A stretch of DNA of 64,000 nt, taken from NCBI GenBank assembly GCA_051880475.1, contig JBJEOA010000055.1, forward strand, positions 28,629-92,628, given 5' to 3'. The notes under the pieces were generated by a model, which was not told the DNA's origin, did no database searches, and worked only from the letters and a program-made list of their open reading frames with translations. A program made the position numbers and the translations under genes. The number at the start of each line of letters is the position of its first letter. Position 1 is the stretch's first letter. The DNA comes from Lachnospiraceae bacterium. Lineage in GTDB: Bacteria; Bacillota; Clostridia; Lachnospirales; Lachnospiraceae. This document shows positions 54,403 to 61,933 of this stretch, in pieces.

Positions 54403-55548
54403 ATGAGTAATAAAGTATCGGTAATTATTCCAGTATATAATGTTGAAAAATATTTACGACAATGTATCGACAGTATTTTAAACCAGACATTATCAGAGTT
54501 GGAATTAATTTGCGTGGATGACGGTTCGACAGACTCCTCACTAGAAATTTTGAGGGAATATGAGAAAAAGGATTCTAGAGTAAAAGTTTTACAACAAGAA
54601 AATTTGGGAGCTGGAGCTGCGAGAAATAAAGGATTAAAAATTGCGACAGGAAAATATTTATCTTTTTTGGATTCGGATGACTTCTTTTTGCCTGAGATGT
54701 TAGAGGAAGCGTATAATAAATGCGAGTCATTAAATGCACAAATCTGTGTCTATCAGGTAAAGCGTTATAATGATGAGACAAAAAAAACGTGGTTTGACAA
54801 GGGGTCTTTTCGATATGAGTATATTCCTAAGAAAGAAGTTTTTTCATATAAAGATATGCCTGATTATATATTAGATACTTTTCAAAATTGGGCTTGGAAT
54901 AAACTGATAAGTCATGAGCTAGTAAAAGAAAATAATCTTCAATTTCAAGAAATACTTAGAACAAATGATTTCCTTTTTGTTGCTTTATGTATGACTTTAG
55001 CACAGAGAATTGTTGTGTTGGAAAAGCCACTTGTGTATTACCGCGTTGGCATGAAAAATAATTTGCAGTCGACAAATTATAAATATCCATTAGAATTTTT
55101 AAAAGCATTTAGAGCTGTAAAAAAAGAACTGCGAGAAAGAGGAATTTTTGACGAGATAGAAAGAAGTTATGTCAATAAAATATTGTCAGGCTGTATATAT
55201 AATCTTAAGTCGATAAAAGATAAGGACGCAAAAAGAACTTTATATTATGAATTGAAAGAGAATGCTTTTAATGATTTTGGAATTATGGATAAGCCAGAAG
55301 AATATTTTCACTCTTATAATAAAGAAAACTATGAGCTTTATAAGATGATATGTTCTTTAGAATTTGAAGAGTTTATGAAAGAAACCTCATCAAAGAAGCA
55401 GGGACAAAAATTATCTCAAGCCTCTAAAAAGAAAGAAAAAGAGACAGCCAAAAATTCTAAAAATTCAAAAAAAGGCAAGTTAAATATACTTGGAAAAGTA
55501 AAAAGAGTGATTTCGAAATGCTTTAAGGGAAGAAAAAAACATGAGTAA
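54403..55548 (+). CDS. GT2-family glycosyltransferase with basic disordered tail
   Basis: VSVIIPVYNVEKYL...CVDDGSTDSS...LDSDD; tail KKGKLNILGKVKRVISKCFKGRKKHE. Confidence 0.85.
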   Translation: MSNKVSVIIPVYNVEKYLRQCIDSILNQTLSELELICVDDGSTDSSLEILREYEKKDSRVKVLQQENLGAGAARNKGLKIATGKYLSFLDSDDFFLPEMLEEAYNKCESLNAQICVYQVKRYNDETKKTWFDKGSFRYEYIPKKEVFSYKDMPDYILDTFQNWAWNKLISHELVKENNLQFQEILRTNDFLFVALCMTLAQRIVVLEKPLVYYRVGMKNNLQSTNYKYPLEFLKAFRAVKKELRERGIFDEIERSYVNKILSGCIYNLKSIKDKDAKRTLYYELKENAFNDFGIMDKPEEYFHSYNKENYELYKMICSLEFEEFMKETSSKKQGQKLSQASKKKEKETAKNSKNSKKGKLNILGKVKRVISKCFKGRKKHE

Positions 55549-56647
55549 AATAAAGGTGTCAATTATCATTCCGATATATAATGCAGAAAATTATTTGAGA
55601 AAAACATTAAATGATATTATAAGCCAATCATTAAAAGAAATAGAAATTATTTGTGTAGATGATGGCTCTACAGATAATTCGAGGAAAATTATAAAAGAAT
55701 ATCAAAAAAAAGATTCTAGAATACAATTAATATGTCAAAAAAATCAATATGCAGGTGTAGCTAGAAATAATGGATTTTTGCATGCAAGAGGAGAATATAT
55801 CTTGTTTTGGGATGCAGATGATAGATTTAAAAAACAGGCGGCACAGAAAATGTATTTTCAGGCAAAAAAAGTGGATGCAGATATTTGTGTATGCAATGCC
55901 CAGCAGTTTGATAGTGAAAATCGTATTTTTTCTACAGATGTTTATTTAAGAAAAAATATGTTGCCAAACGCAAATGTTTTTAATAAATATGATATACCAG
56001 AATATATTTTCAATTGGACAACAAATGTTCCGTGGAATAAAATGTATAAAAAGACATTCATCCAACAGTACGGTTTGAAGTTTCAAAATTTACGTCAAGC
56101 AAATGACACATATTTTACAATAATGGCGTTTTTTTTGGCAGAGAAAATTACTTATGTCGATGAGGTACTCATTTCATATCGGATTAATAATAAGGAGAGT
56201 TTAACTGGGAGAGCTTCTGAGGCAAATTTATGTGCGTATCAATCCTATATGGACACATTTGAAGAATTACGAAATTATGAGGAATATGAGTTAGTAAAAA
56301 AGAGTTTCCTTAATCGAACCGTTAACGGTTTTTTACATGCGCTTGATATCCAGCGATGTTTTCAATCATACGAGCAGATGTTTCAAAAAATAAAATCAGA
56401 AGGAATAAAGATATTGCAAATAAATGAGATGCCAGAAGAAGATTTTCATTATGCTGTGCAGTGCCAAGATATAAAAAATATGATGGAAAACTCAGCACAA
56501 GACTTTTTGCTTTTAAAGGCAAATTCAAGAAAATTAGAAATGGAGCAAATAGTAAGAAAATTTCATAGTTTAAAGATTTATAAACTAAGACATACGTTAT
56601 TAGGGCTCCTTTCTAAAATAAAGAGGAAGTCTCATAAGAAAAATTGA
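55541..56647 (+). CDS. GT2-family glycosyltransferase
   Basis: VSIIIPIYNAENYL...CVDDGSTDNS...WDADD; 8-nt overlap with the previous gene; tail LLSKIKRKSHKKN. Confidence 0.85.
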   Translation: MSKIKVSIIIPIYNAENYLRKTLNDIISQSLKEIEIICVDDGSTDNSRKIIKEYQKKDSRIQLICQKNQYAGVARNNGFLHARGEYILFWDADDRFKKQAAQKMYFQAKKVDADICVCNAQQFDSENRIFSTDVYLRKNMLPNANVFNKYDIPEYIFNWTTNVPWNKMYKKTFIQQYGLKFQNLRQANDTYFTIMAFFLAEKITYVDEVLISYRINNKESLTGRASEANLCAYQSYMDTFEELRNYEEYELVKKSFLNRTVNGFLHALDIQRCFQSYEQMFQKIKSEGIKILQINEMPEEDFHYAVQCQDIKNMMENSAQDFLLLKANSRKLEMEQIVRKFHSLKIYKLRHTLLGLLSKIKRKSHKKN

Positions 56648-56683
56648 TATCGAAATTCGCTTATTCATTAAAAAAATAAAAAA

Positions 56684-56727
56684 AGAGAAATTTAAGATAA
56701 ATATAATCTAAATTTCTCTTCTTTTTT
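56684..56727 (+). terminator. Intrinsic terminator closing the glycosyltransferase block
   Basis: AGAGAAATTTA (56684-56694) pairs with TAAATTTCTCT (56709-56719), then TCTTTTTTC. Confidence 0.75.
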
Positions 56728-56821
56728 CATAAATAATTGCTATTATTTTAATAACTACTTTCGTACCTTAGATTCATACACTATATGTTCATATAGCTTA
56801 ATCTGTCAAATGCTGATTCAA

Positions 56822-56860
56822 AAATAACAAAACCTGTTTTTCCTTGTCACCTGACAGGAA
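56822..56860 (-). terminator. Weak hairpin terminator downstream of the Cys-rich gene
   Basis: On the minus strand TTCCTGTCA-GG-TGACAAGGAA (1 bulge), followed by AAAACAGGTTTTGTTATTTTT. Confidence 0.4.
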
Positions 56861-56873
56861 GTTTTATAGTATC

Positions 56874-57095
56874 TTAGCAGCCACATCCACAGCTACTTCC
56901 ACTACCACCGTTGCAGCAGCATAAAAGAAGGATTAAAGGTAAGATACAGTCGCAAGAGTTACCGCCAAAATCGAAGCAGTCGCCAAATCCATTACCGTTT
57001 CCACAGAAGCAGAACAAAAGGATGAAAAATAACCAAGAGCTTCCTCCACCGTTAGAACAAGAATTAGAGCAGTTTGTTGCAGCTAAATCACTCAT
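56874..57095 (-). CDS. Cys/Gly-rich tandem tiny-TM protein (YjcZ-like sporulation family suspected)
   Basis: The start is set at the second ATG, which sits 8 nt after GGAGG. The first ATG of the track is part of that RBS. The product MSDLAATNCSNSCSNGGGSSWLFFILLFCFCGNGNGFGDCFDFGGNSCDCILPLILLLCCCNGGSGSSCGCGC has 13 Cys, 14 Gly and two hydrophobic cores. Confidence 0.7.
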   Translation of the reverse strand: MSDLAATNCSNSCSNGGGSSWLFFILLFCFCGNGNGFGDCFDFGGNSCDCILPLILLLCCCNGGSGSSCGCGC

Positions 57096-57127
57096 ATTGA
57101 TAGCCTCCATAAATTTTATTTACAGTT

Positions 57128-57156
57128 TATAGTATGTGAGGAGAAAAAAAGTGTGT
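57128..57156 (-). promoter_or_regulatory. Sigma-K-like (mother-cell) promoter candidate for the Cys-rich gene
   Basis: The minus strand reads AC, 16 nt, CATACTATA. This matches the AC-16/17-CATAnnnTA consensus. The -10 element lies ~33 nt upstream of the ATG. Confidence 0.4.
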
Positions 57157-57235
57157 CATAAAATCAGAATCTTTTTATCAAAACAAATTCAAGTGAAAAT
57201 CCGATTTTCTTATTTTGATAAAAAAGGACAGTTTT

Positions 57236-58357
57236 ATGCGAAAGTACGAAAGAAAACATAATATTATATTTAAAAAATTAGAGGAAGTGAAAAATAAAGT
57301 TATTATGAGAAGGATAAAGATTTATGGTACGTTTGGACCAAATTGCAATAAAAAAGAGATATTAGAACAGATGATAGATGCAGGAATGACGGGGATTCGC
57401 CTTAATTTGTCACATACAAATTTAGTAGATTCGAAAGAGTGGATTGAAAATTTAAAAATGGCAAGTGAAAAAACAGGGAAAAAAATAGATTTGGCAATTG
57501 ATTTAGAAGGACCTGAACTGCGTATTGGTGAGGTGGATGGAAAAATAAATGTACATCAGAAAGATAAGTTATATCTTGGGGCAGCTCAGATAGATGATTC
57601 TTTTGTGGATTATTCATCCAATTTAGGAGAAAAATGGATGGAGCGTGAAAAAAATTTTATAGCTATACCTAAATGTTTAGCAGAAAAGTTAAAGGTAGGG
57701 CAGGAAATTTCTATCAATGATGGAATTGTCAAATTAGTAGTAGATGAATTAGAGTCTGGCACTGCAGTCTGTACAGTAAAAACGGAGGGAGAAATTTCTT
57801 CTAGAAAAAGTATTTCAATTGATGGAGTGCAGGTAGATAATCCAGTTTTGACAAAGAAAGATTTCAGTAATTTAGCAGCAGCAAGAGAGTACGGAGTGAC
57901 AGAAGTAATGCTTCCGTTTGTTCGGGGAGAGAAAGATATAGAGGAAGTAAGAACTGTGTTAAAAGAGCTGGATTTAGATGATATTAAGATTTTGGCAAAG
58001 ATAGAACATCAAGAAGGGGTACAAAATATAGAAAATATTATTGGAAAAGCAGACTGTATCGTAATTGCAAGAGGTGATCTTGGCAATCGTTTTCCAATCT
58101 GGAAAGTGCCAGGAATTCAAAAGATGATTTCTAAAAAATGTCGGGAAAAGAATCAAGAATTTATGGTAGTAACTCAGATGTTAAATAGTATGATACAAAA
58201 TCCAACACCGACGAGAGCGGAAGTACTTGATATATATAATGCGGTGTTAGATGGTGCAACCTCGCTTATGGTGACAGGGGAGACCGCAGTTGGAAAATAT
58301 CCTGTGGAAGTAATAAAATATATGACTAAAATAGCAAAAGAGGCTATTGAAAACTAA
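57236..58357 (+). CDS. Pyruvate-kinase-like protein lacking the C-terminal domain
   Basis: PK A/B-domain motifs: MRRIKIYGTFGP, IRLNLSHTN, KILAKIEHQEG, VIARGDLG, VVTQMLNSM, PTRAEVLDIYNAVLDGATSLMVTGETAVGKYP. The protein ends right after the last A-domain helix. ATG 57236 has AAGGA at 7 nt. PK homology begins at the Met encoded at 57305, which has no RBS. Confidence 0.75.
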   Translation: MRKYERKHNIIFKKLEEVKNKVIMRRIKIYGTFGPNCNKKEILEQMIDAGMTGIRLNLSHTNLVDSKEWIENLKMASEKTGKKIDLAIDLEGPELRIGEVDGKINVHQKDKLYLGAAQIDDSFVDYSSNLGEKWMEREKNFIAIPKCLAEKLKVGQEISINDGIVKLVVDELESGTAVCTVKTEGEISSRKSISIDGVQVDNPVLTKKDFSNLAAAREYGVTEVMLPFVRGEKDIEEVRTVLKELDLDDIKILAKIEHQEGVQNIENIIGKADCIVIARGDLGNRFPIWKVPGIQKMISKKCREKNQEFMVVTQMLNSMIQNPTPTRAEVLDIYNAVLDGATSLMVTGETAVGKYPVEVIKYMTKIAKEAIEN

Positions 58358-58363
58358 AAAAAG

Positions 58364-58424
58364 GTTCTATCAAATGCTGGGATAAAAAGAAAGAGGTTTA
58401 TTTTATCCCGCCGTTTGATAGAAC
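58364..58424. terminator. Bidirectional nested hairpin terminator
   Basis: GTTCTATCAAA (58364-58374) pairs with TTTGATAGAAC (58414-58424). The inner pair is GGGATAAAA with TTTTATCCC. A-run before and T-run after. Confidence 0.8.
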
Positions 58425-58441
58425 TTTCCTTTTTTATTTAT

Positions 58442-58957
58442 TTACGCCAATAATTTTTTTATCTCTGGAATAGGTGATAGCACTGGCAATAAAATAGAGG
58501 AAATGATTAATCCGCCAAGTCCCTGAATAATATTTGGCAAAATAGAGCCAGCTGCGGCTCCAACACCGTATAGGAATGATTCGCATACAAAATATCCAAG
58601 AGCTACGATAATAGTAGCACAGATACCAGAAGCGATACAGCCGACAATTAATTTAGCACCTTTTTTTGTAAGGAAGTGGAAAGCGTAGTAGGAAGCAATT
58701 GCTACTAATGCTTTTACTACAAAAGTAATTGGCACATATACCATATATCCACCAAGTAGGTCAGCCATCATTGATCCAATGCCAGCAGCAAGACCACCGA
58801 TAACTGGTCCAAGGAAGATTCCAGAGAGAATGACCATCGCATCTCCTGGATGAATATAGCCATTTGTAGCAGGAACTGGAATTTTAATACTCATTGTGGC
58901 AACACAGCAAAGAGCTGCAAATAAGGCTGCCATCACTAATTTTTTTACATCTTTCAT
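58442..58957 (-). CDS. ECF-transporter substrate-specific (S) component, substrate unknown
   Basis: 171 aa with ~5-6 TM helices. GYIHPGDAMVILSGIFLGPVIGGLAAGIGSMMADLLGGY is typical of ECF S components. Confidence 0.7.
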   Translation of the reverse strand: MKDVKKLVMAALFAALCCVATMSIKIPVPATNGYIHPGDAMVILSGIFLGPVIGGLAAGIGSMMADLLGGYMVYVPITFVVKALVAIASYYAFHFLTKKGAKLIVGCIASGICATIIVALGYFVCESFLYGVGAAAGSILPNIIQGLGGLIISSILLPVLSPIPEIKKLLA

Positions 58958-59233
58958 CTTATCAAATCCTTTCTTTTTATATCGTTTTAAGTCTTTCTAT
59001 ACCGTACATAAAAATAAGAAATTATAAAATAGCCAGACCAAAACTAAAATATAGTGCCAGACGGTGCCAAAAATAACAAATTTAAACATACCAGAATTTA
59101 AAATTATAATTAAGAGATGATTAGAATATATTTTTTTTAGAAAAAGGAAAGAAAATATGACGAGATTTTTGTATAAAAATGAAGGAAATCTTATAAAAAA
59201 ATGCAAAATTAAGCCGTGATGAGAGAAGTACTA

Positions 59234-59263
59234 TTGCAAAATCATTCTACTTTATGCTATACT
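59234..59263 (+). promoter_or_regulatory. Candidate sigma-A promoter for the aconitase gene
   Basis: TTGCAA (59234-59239), 18-nt spacer, TATACT (59258-59263) preceded by TGC. Confidence 0.5.
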
Positions 59264-59361
59264 GTCTAGGACGAGAATAAAGTTATAACTTTGTGACAAA
59301 AAATCATAGGCTTGCCTGTGAGAAAAGTCAAAGTAAATATTCAACATAAGGAGGCAGATAA

Positions 59362-61659
59362 ATGATAAAAGTATATGATACTGGTGCATACTTATTAAAT
59401 GGAACTGAAATCGTTCCAGATACAGAAGAAAGTAAAGTAATGTTGCAACAAAAACTAGGCGATGGTGCTATTTCTAAGGCAGAGGCTGCGAAAAATACCA
59501 TCGCTTATCGTATATTAGAGGCACATAATACATCTGGAAATATGGAAAAACTTCAGATTAAGTTTGATAAATTAACTTCTCATGATATTACATTTGTAGG
59601 TATTATTCAGACAGCGAGAGCGTCAGGACTTGAGAAATTTCCAGTGCCTTATGTCCTTACAAACTGCCATAATAGTTTATGTGCAGTAGGAGGAACTATT
59701 AACGAAGACGATCATATGTTTGGTCTTACTTGCGCAAAGAAATACGGCGGAGTTTATGTTCCACCTCATCAGGCAGTCATTCATCAGTATGCGAGAGAAA
59801 TGCTTGCAGGCGGTGGAAAGATGATTTTAGGTTCTGATAGTCATACTCGCTACGGAGCGCTAGGAACGATGGCTATGGGTGAGGGCGGTCCTGAGCTTGT
59901 AAAACAGCTTCTCTCTAAGACATATGATATTAATATGCCAGGCGTGATTGCTGTATATTTAAAGGGAAAACCAATTCCAGGAGTCGGACCACAAGACGTT
60001 GCACTTGCTATTATCGGTAAAGTATTTGCGAGTGGCTATGTAAATAATAAAGTAATGGAGTTTGTCGGACCTGGTGTGGCAAACTTAAGTGCAGATTTTA
60101 GAATCGGTGTGGACGTTATGACAACAGAGACCACATGTCTATCTTCCATCTGGAAAACAGATGAAAAGATTAAAGAGTGGTATGATATCCACGGAAGAAG
60201 TGAAGATTATAAACAGTTAGATCCAGGTAATATAGCTTACTATGATGGAATGATTGAGATTGACTTATCCAAAATTCGTCCAATGATTGCTATGCCATTC
60301 CACCCAAGTAATACATATACAATTGACGAGCTAAACGCAAATCTTATGGATATTTTAGATGACTGTGAGAAAAAAGCTTTAGTAAGCTTAGATGGACAGG
60401 TAGATTTTAAATTAAAAGATAAGGTTCGCAATGGAAAATTATATGTAGAGCAGGGAATCATTGCTGGATGTGCAGGCGGTGGATTTGAAAATATTTGCGA
60501 TGCAGCAGATATCTTAAAAGGTGCTAGTATCGGACCAGATGAGTTTACACTCTCCGTATATCCAGCGAGCCAGCCAGTATTTATGGAGCTTGTAAAAAAT
60601 GGTGCTGCGGCTTCTCTTATGCAGACAGGTGCTATTATTAAGACTGCATTTTGTGGTCCATGTTTTGGTGCGGGAGATACTCCTTGCAATAATGGATTAA
60701 GTATTCGTCATTCTACAAGAAACTTCCCTAACAGAGAGGGATCTAAACTACAAAATGGCCAGATTGCTTCTGTTGCACTTATGGACGCTCGTTCTATCGC
60801 AGCGACAGCAGTAAATAAAGGTTATTTAACACCTGCAACAGAAATCGATGCTAATTATACAAAACCAAAATATTTCTTTGATAAGACAATTTATGAAAAT
60901 AGAGTATTTGACAGCAAGGGAGTGGCAGATCCATCGGTTGAGATTAAATTTGGACCAAATATTAAGGATTGGCCAGCAATGTCTGCTCTTCCTGAAAATA
61001 TGATTTTAAAAGTTGTATCTGAGATTCATGACCCAGTTACAACGACAGACGAGTTAATTCCATCTGGTGAGACATCTTCTTATCGTTCTAATCCACTTGG
61101 ACTTGCAGAATTTGCTTTATCTAGAAAAGACCCAGCTTATGTTGGAAGAGCAAAAGAGGTTCAGGCGGCAGAAAAAGCAAGAATCGCAGGTGAGGATGCC
61201 GTAGCTGCATTTGCTGAAATTGGACCAGTTATCGATGCAATTCAGAAAGTATATGTAAATAGTACATTGGAAAATACAGGAATTGGAAGTACTATTTTTG
61301 CCGTAAAACCAGGTGACGGTTCTGCAAGAGAGCAGGCTGCTTCTTGTCAAAAAGTATTAGGTGGATGGGCAAATATTGCAAATGAGTATGCGACAAAGAG
61401 ATATCGCTCTAACCTTATTAACTGGGGAATGCTTCCATTTATTATCGACAAAGGAGAACTTCCATTCAAAAATGGAGATTATTTATTTGTTCCAGATATA
61501 AAGAAGGCAATTGAGACAAAAGCTACTGATATTAAAGCTTATGTTGTAGCAAACGGTGAGTTAACTGCATTTGATTTAAAAATGGGAGAGCTTACTGACG
61601 ATGAGAGAGAAATCATCTTAAAGGGATGTTTAATCAACTATAATAGAAATGATAAATAA
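59362..61659 (+). CDS. Aconitate hydratase
   Basis: GSDSHTRYG, the CGPCFGAGD Fe-S ligand motifs, and the swivel-domain pattern [10 protein letters not shown]; 765 aa. Confidence 0.88.
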   Translation: MIKVYDTGAYLLNGTEIVPDTEESKVMLQQKLGDGAISKAEAAKNTIAYRILEAHNTSGNMEKLQIKFDKLTSHDITFVGIIQTARASGLEKFPVPYVLTNCHNSLCAVGGTINEDDHMFGLTCAKKYGGVYVPPHQAVIHQYAREMLAGGGKMILGSDSHTRYGALGTMAMGEGGPELVKQLLSKTYDINMPGVIAVYLKGKPIPGVGPQDVALAIIGKVFASGYVNNKVMEFVGPGVANLSADFRIGVDVMTTETTCLSSIWKTDEKIKEWYDIHGRSEDYKQLDPGNIAYYDGMIEIDLSKIRPMIAMPFHPSNTYTIDELNANLMDILDDCEKKALVSLDGQVDFKLKDKVRNGKLYVEQGIIAGCAGGGFENICDAADILKGASIGPDEFTLSVYPASQPVFMELVKNGAAASLMQTGAIIKTAFCGPCFGAGDTPCNNGLSIRHSTRNFPNREGSKLQNGQIASVALMDARSIAATAVNKGYLTPATEIDANYTKPKYFFDKTIYENRVFDSKGVADPSVEIKFGPNIKDWPAMSALPENMILKVVSEIHDPVTTTDELIPSGETSSYRSNPLGLAEFALSRKDPAYVGRAKEVQAAEKARIAGEDAVAAFAEIGPVIDAIQKVYVNSTLENTGIGSTIFAVKPGDGSAREQAASCQKVLGGWANIANEYATKRYRSNLINWGMLPFIIDKGELPFKNGDYLFVPDIKKAIETKATDIKAYVVANGELTAFDLKMGELTDDEREIILKGCLINYNRNDK

Positions 61660-61726
61660 TAAATAGAGTAAACTCTAGCGATGGTGTAAAAATCAAGTAT
61701 AGGCGACTAAAAGATAGTTCTTTTAC

Positions 61727-61755
61727 TTGACGATTGTTCTATTAGAGAGTAAAAT
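61727..61755 (+). promoter_or_regulatory. Candidate sigma-A promoter upstream of murE (~180-nt leader)
   Basis: TTGACG (61727-61732), 17-nt spacer, TAAAAT (61750-61755). Confidence 0.45.
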
Positions 61756-61933
61756 ATTAAAGTGATAGAATTTTTTTCTGTCACTTTAAGTTTTATAAAA
61801 TGAAGCGTAAAATCCATTATCTTTTGGTGATGGGTAGTTTATACTAGGAATATAAGATGAATATCAGGGGTGGCTGCAAAGCAGGTATAAAGGTTTTAAG
61901 AGCAAAGCGCAACCTTTTTAGGAGGGAAATAAT

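Noticed and set aside
56874-57095. Cys-rich peptide as a RiPP (lanthipeptide, sactipeptide or ranthipeptide) precursor.
   Set aside because: No radical-SAM, LanM/LanB/C, protease or ABC export gene is adjacent. The peptide has hydrophobic membrane-like cores rather than a leader/core layout. The promoter looks sporulation-type.
56911-57132. 73-aa plus-strand ORF opposite the Cys-rich gene.
   Set aside because: It has no RBS. It mirrors the GC-rich Cys/Gly codons (GCA/GCC/ACA) of the minus-strand gene, which has an RBS, a promoter-like element and a terminator.
59054-59069. Sigma-54-like element TGGCAC-CGTCT-GGCAC on the minus strand upstream of the ECF S-component, with a related GGTCTGGCTA repeat at 59031-59040.
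   Set aside because: The GG-to-GC spacing is one nucleotide short of the -24/-12 consensus, and the -12 TTGC is absent. It may be a repeat-type operator, but I cannot support a specific call.
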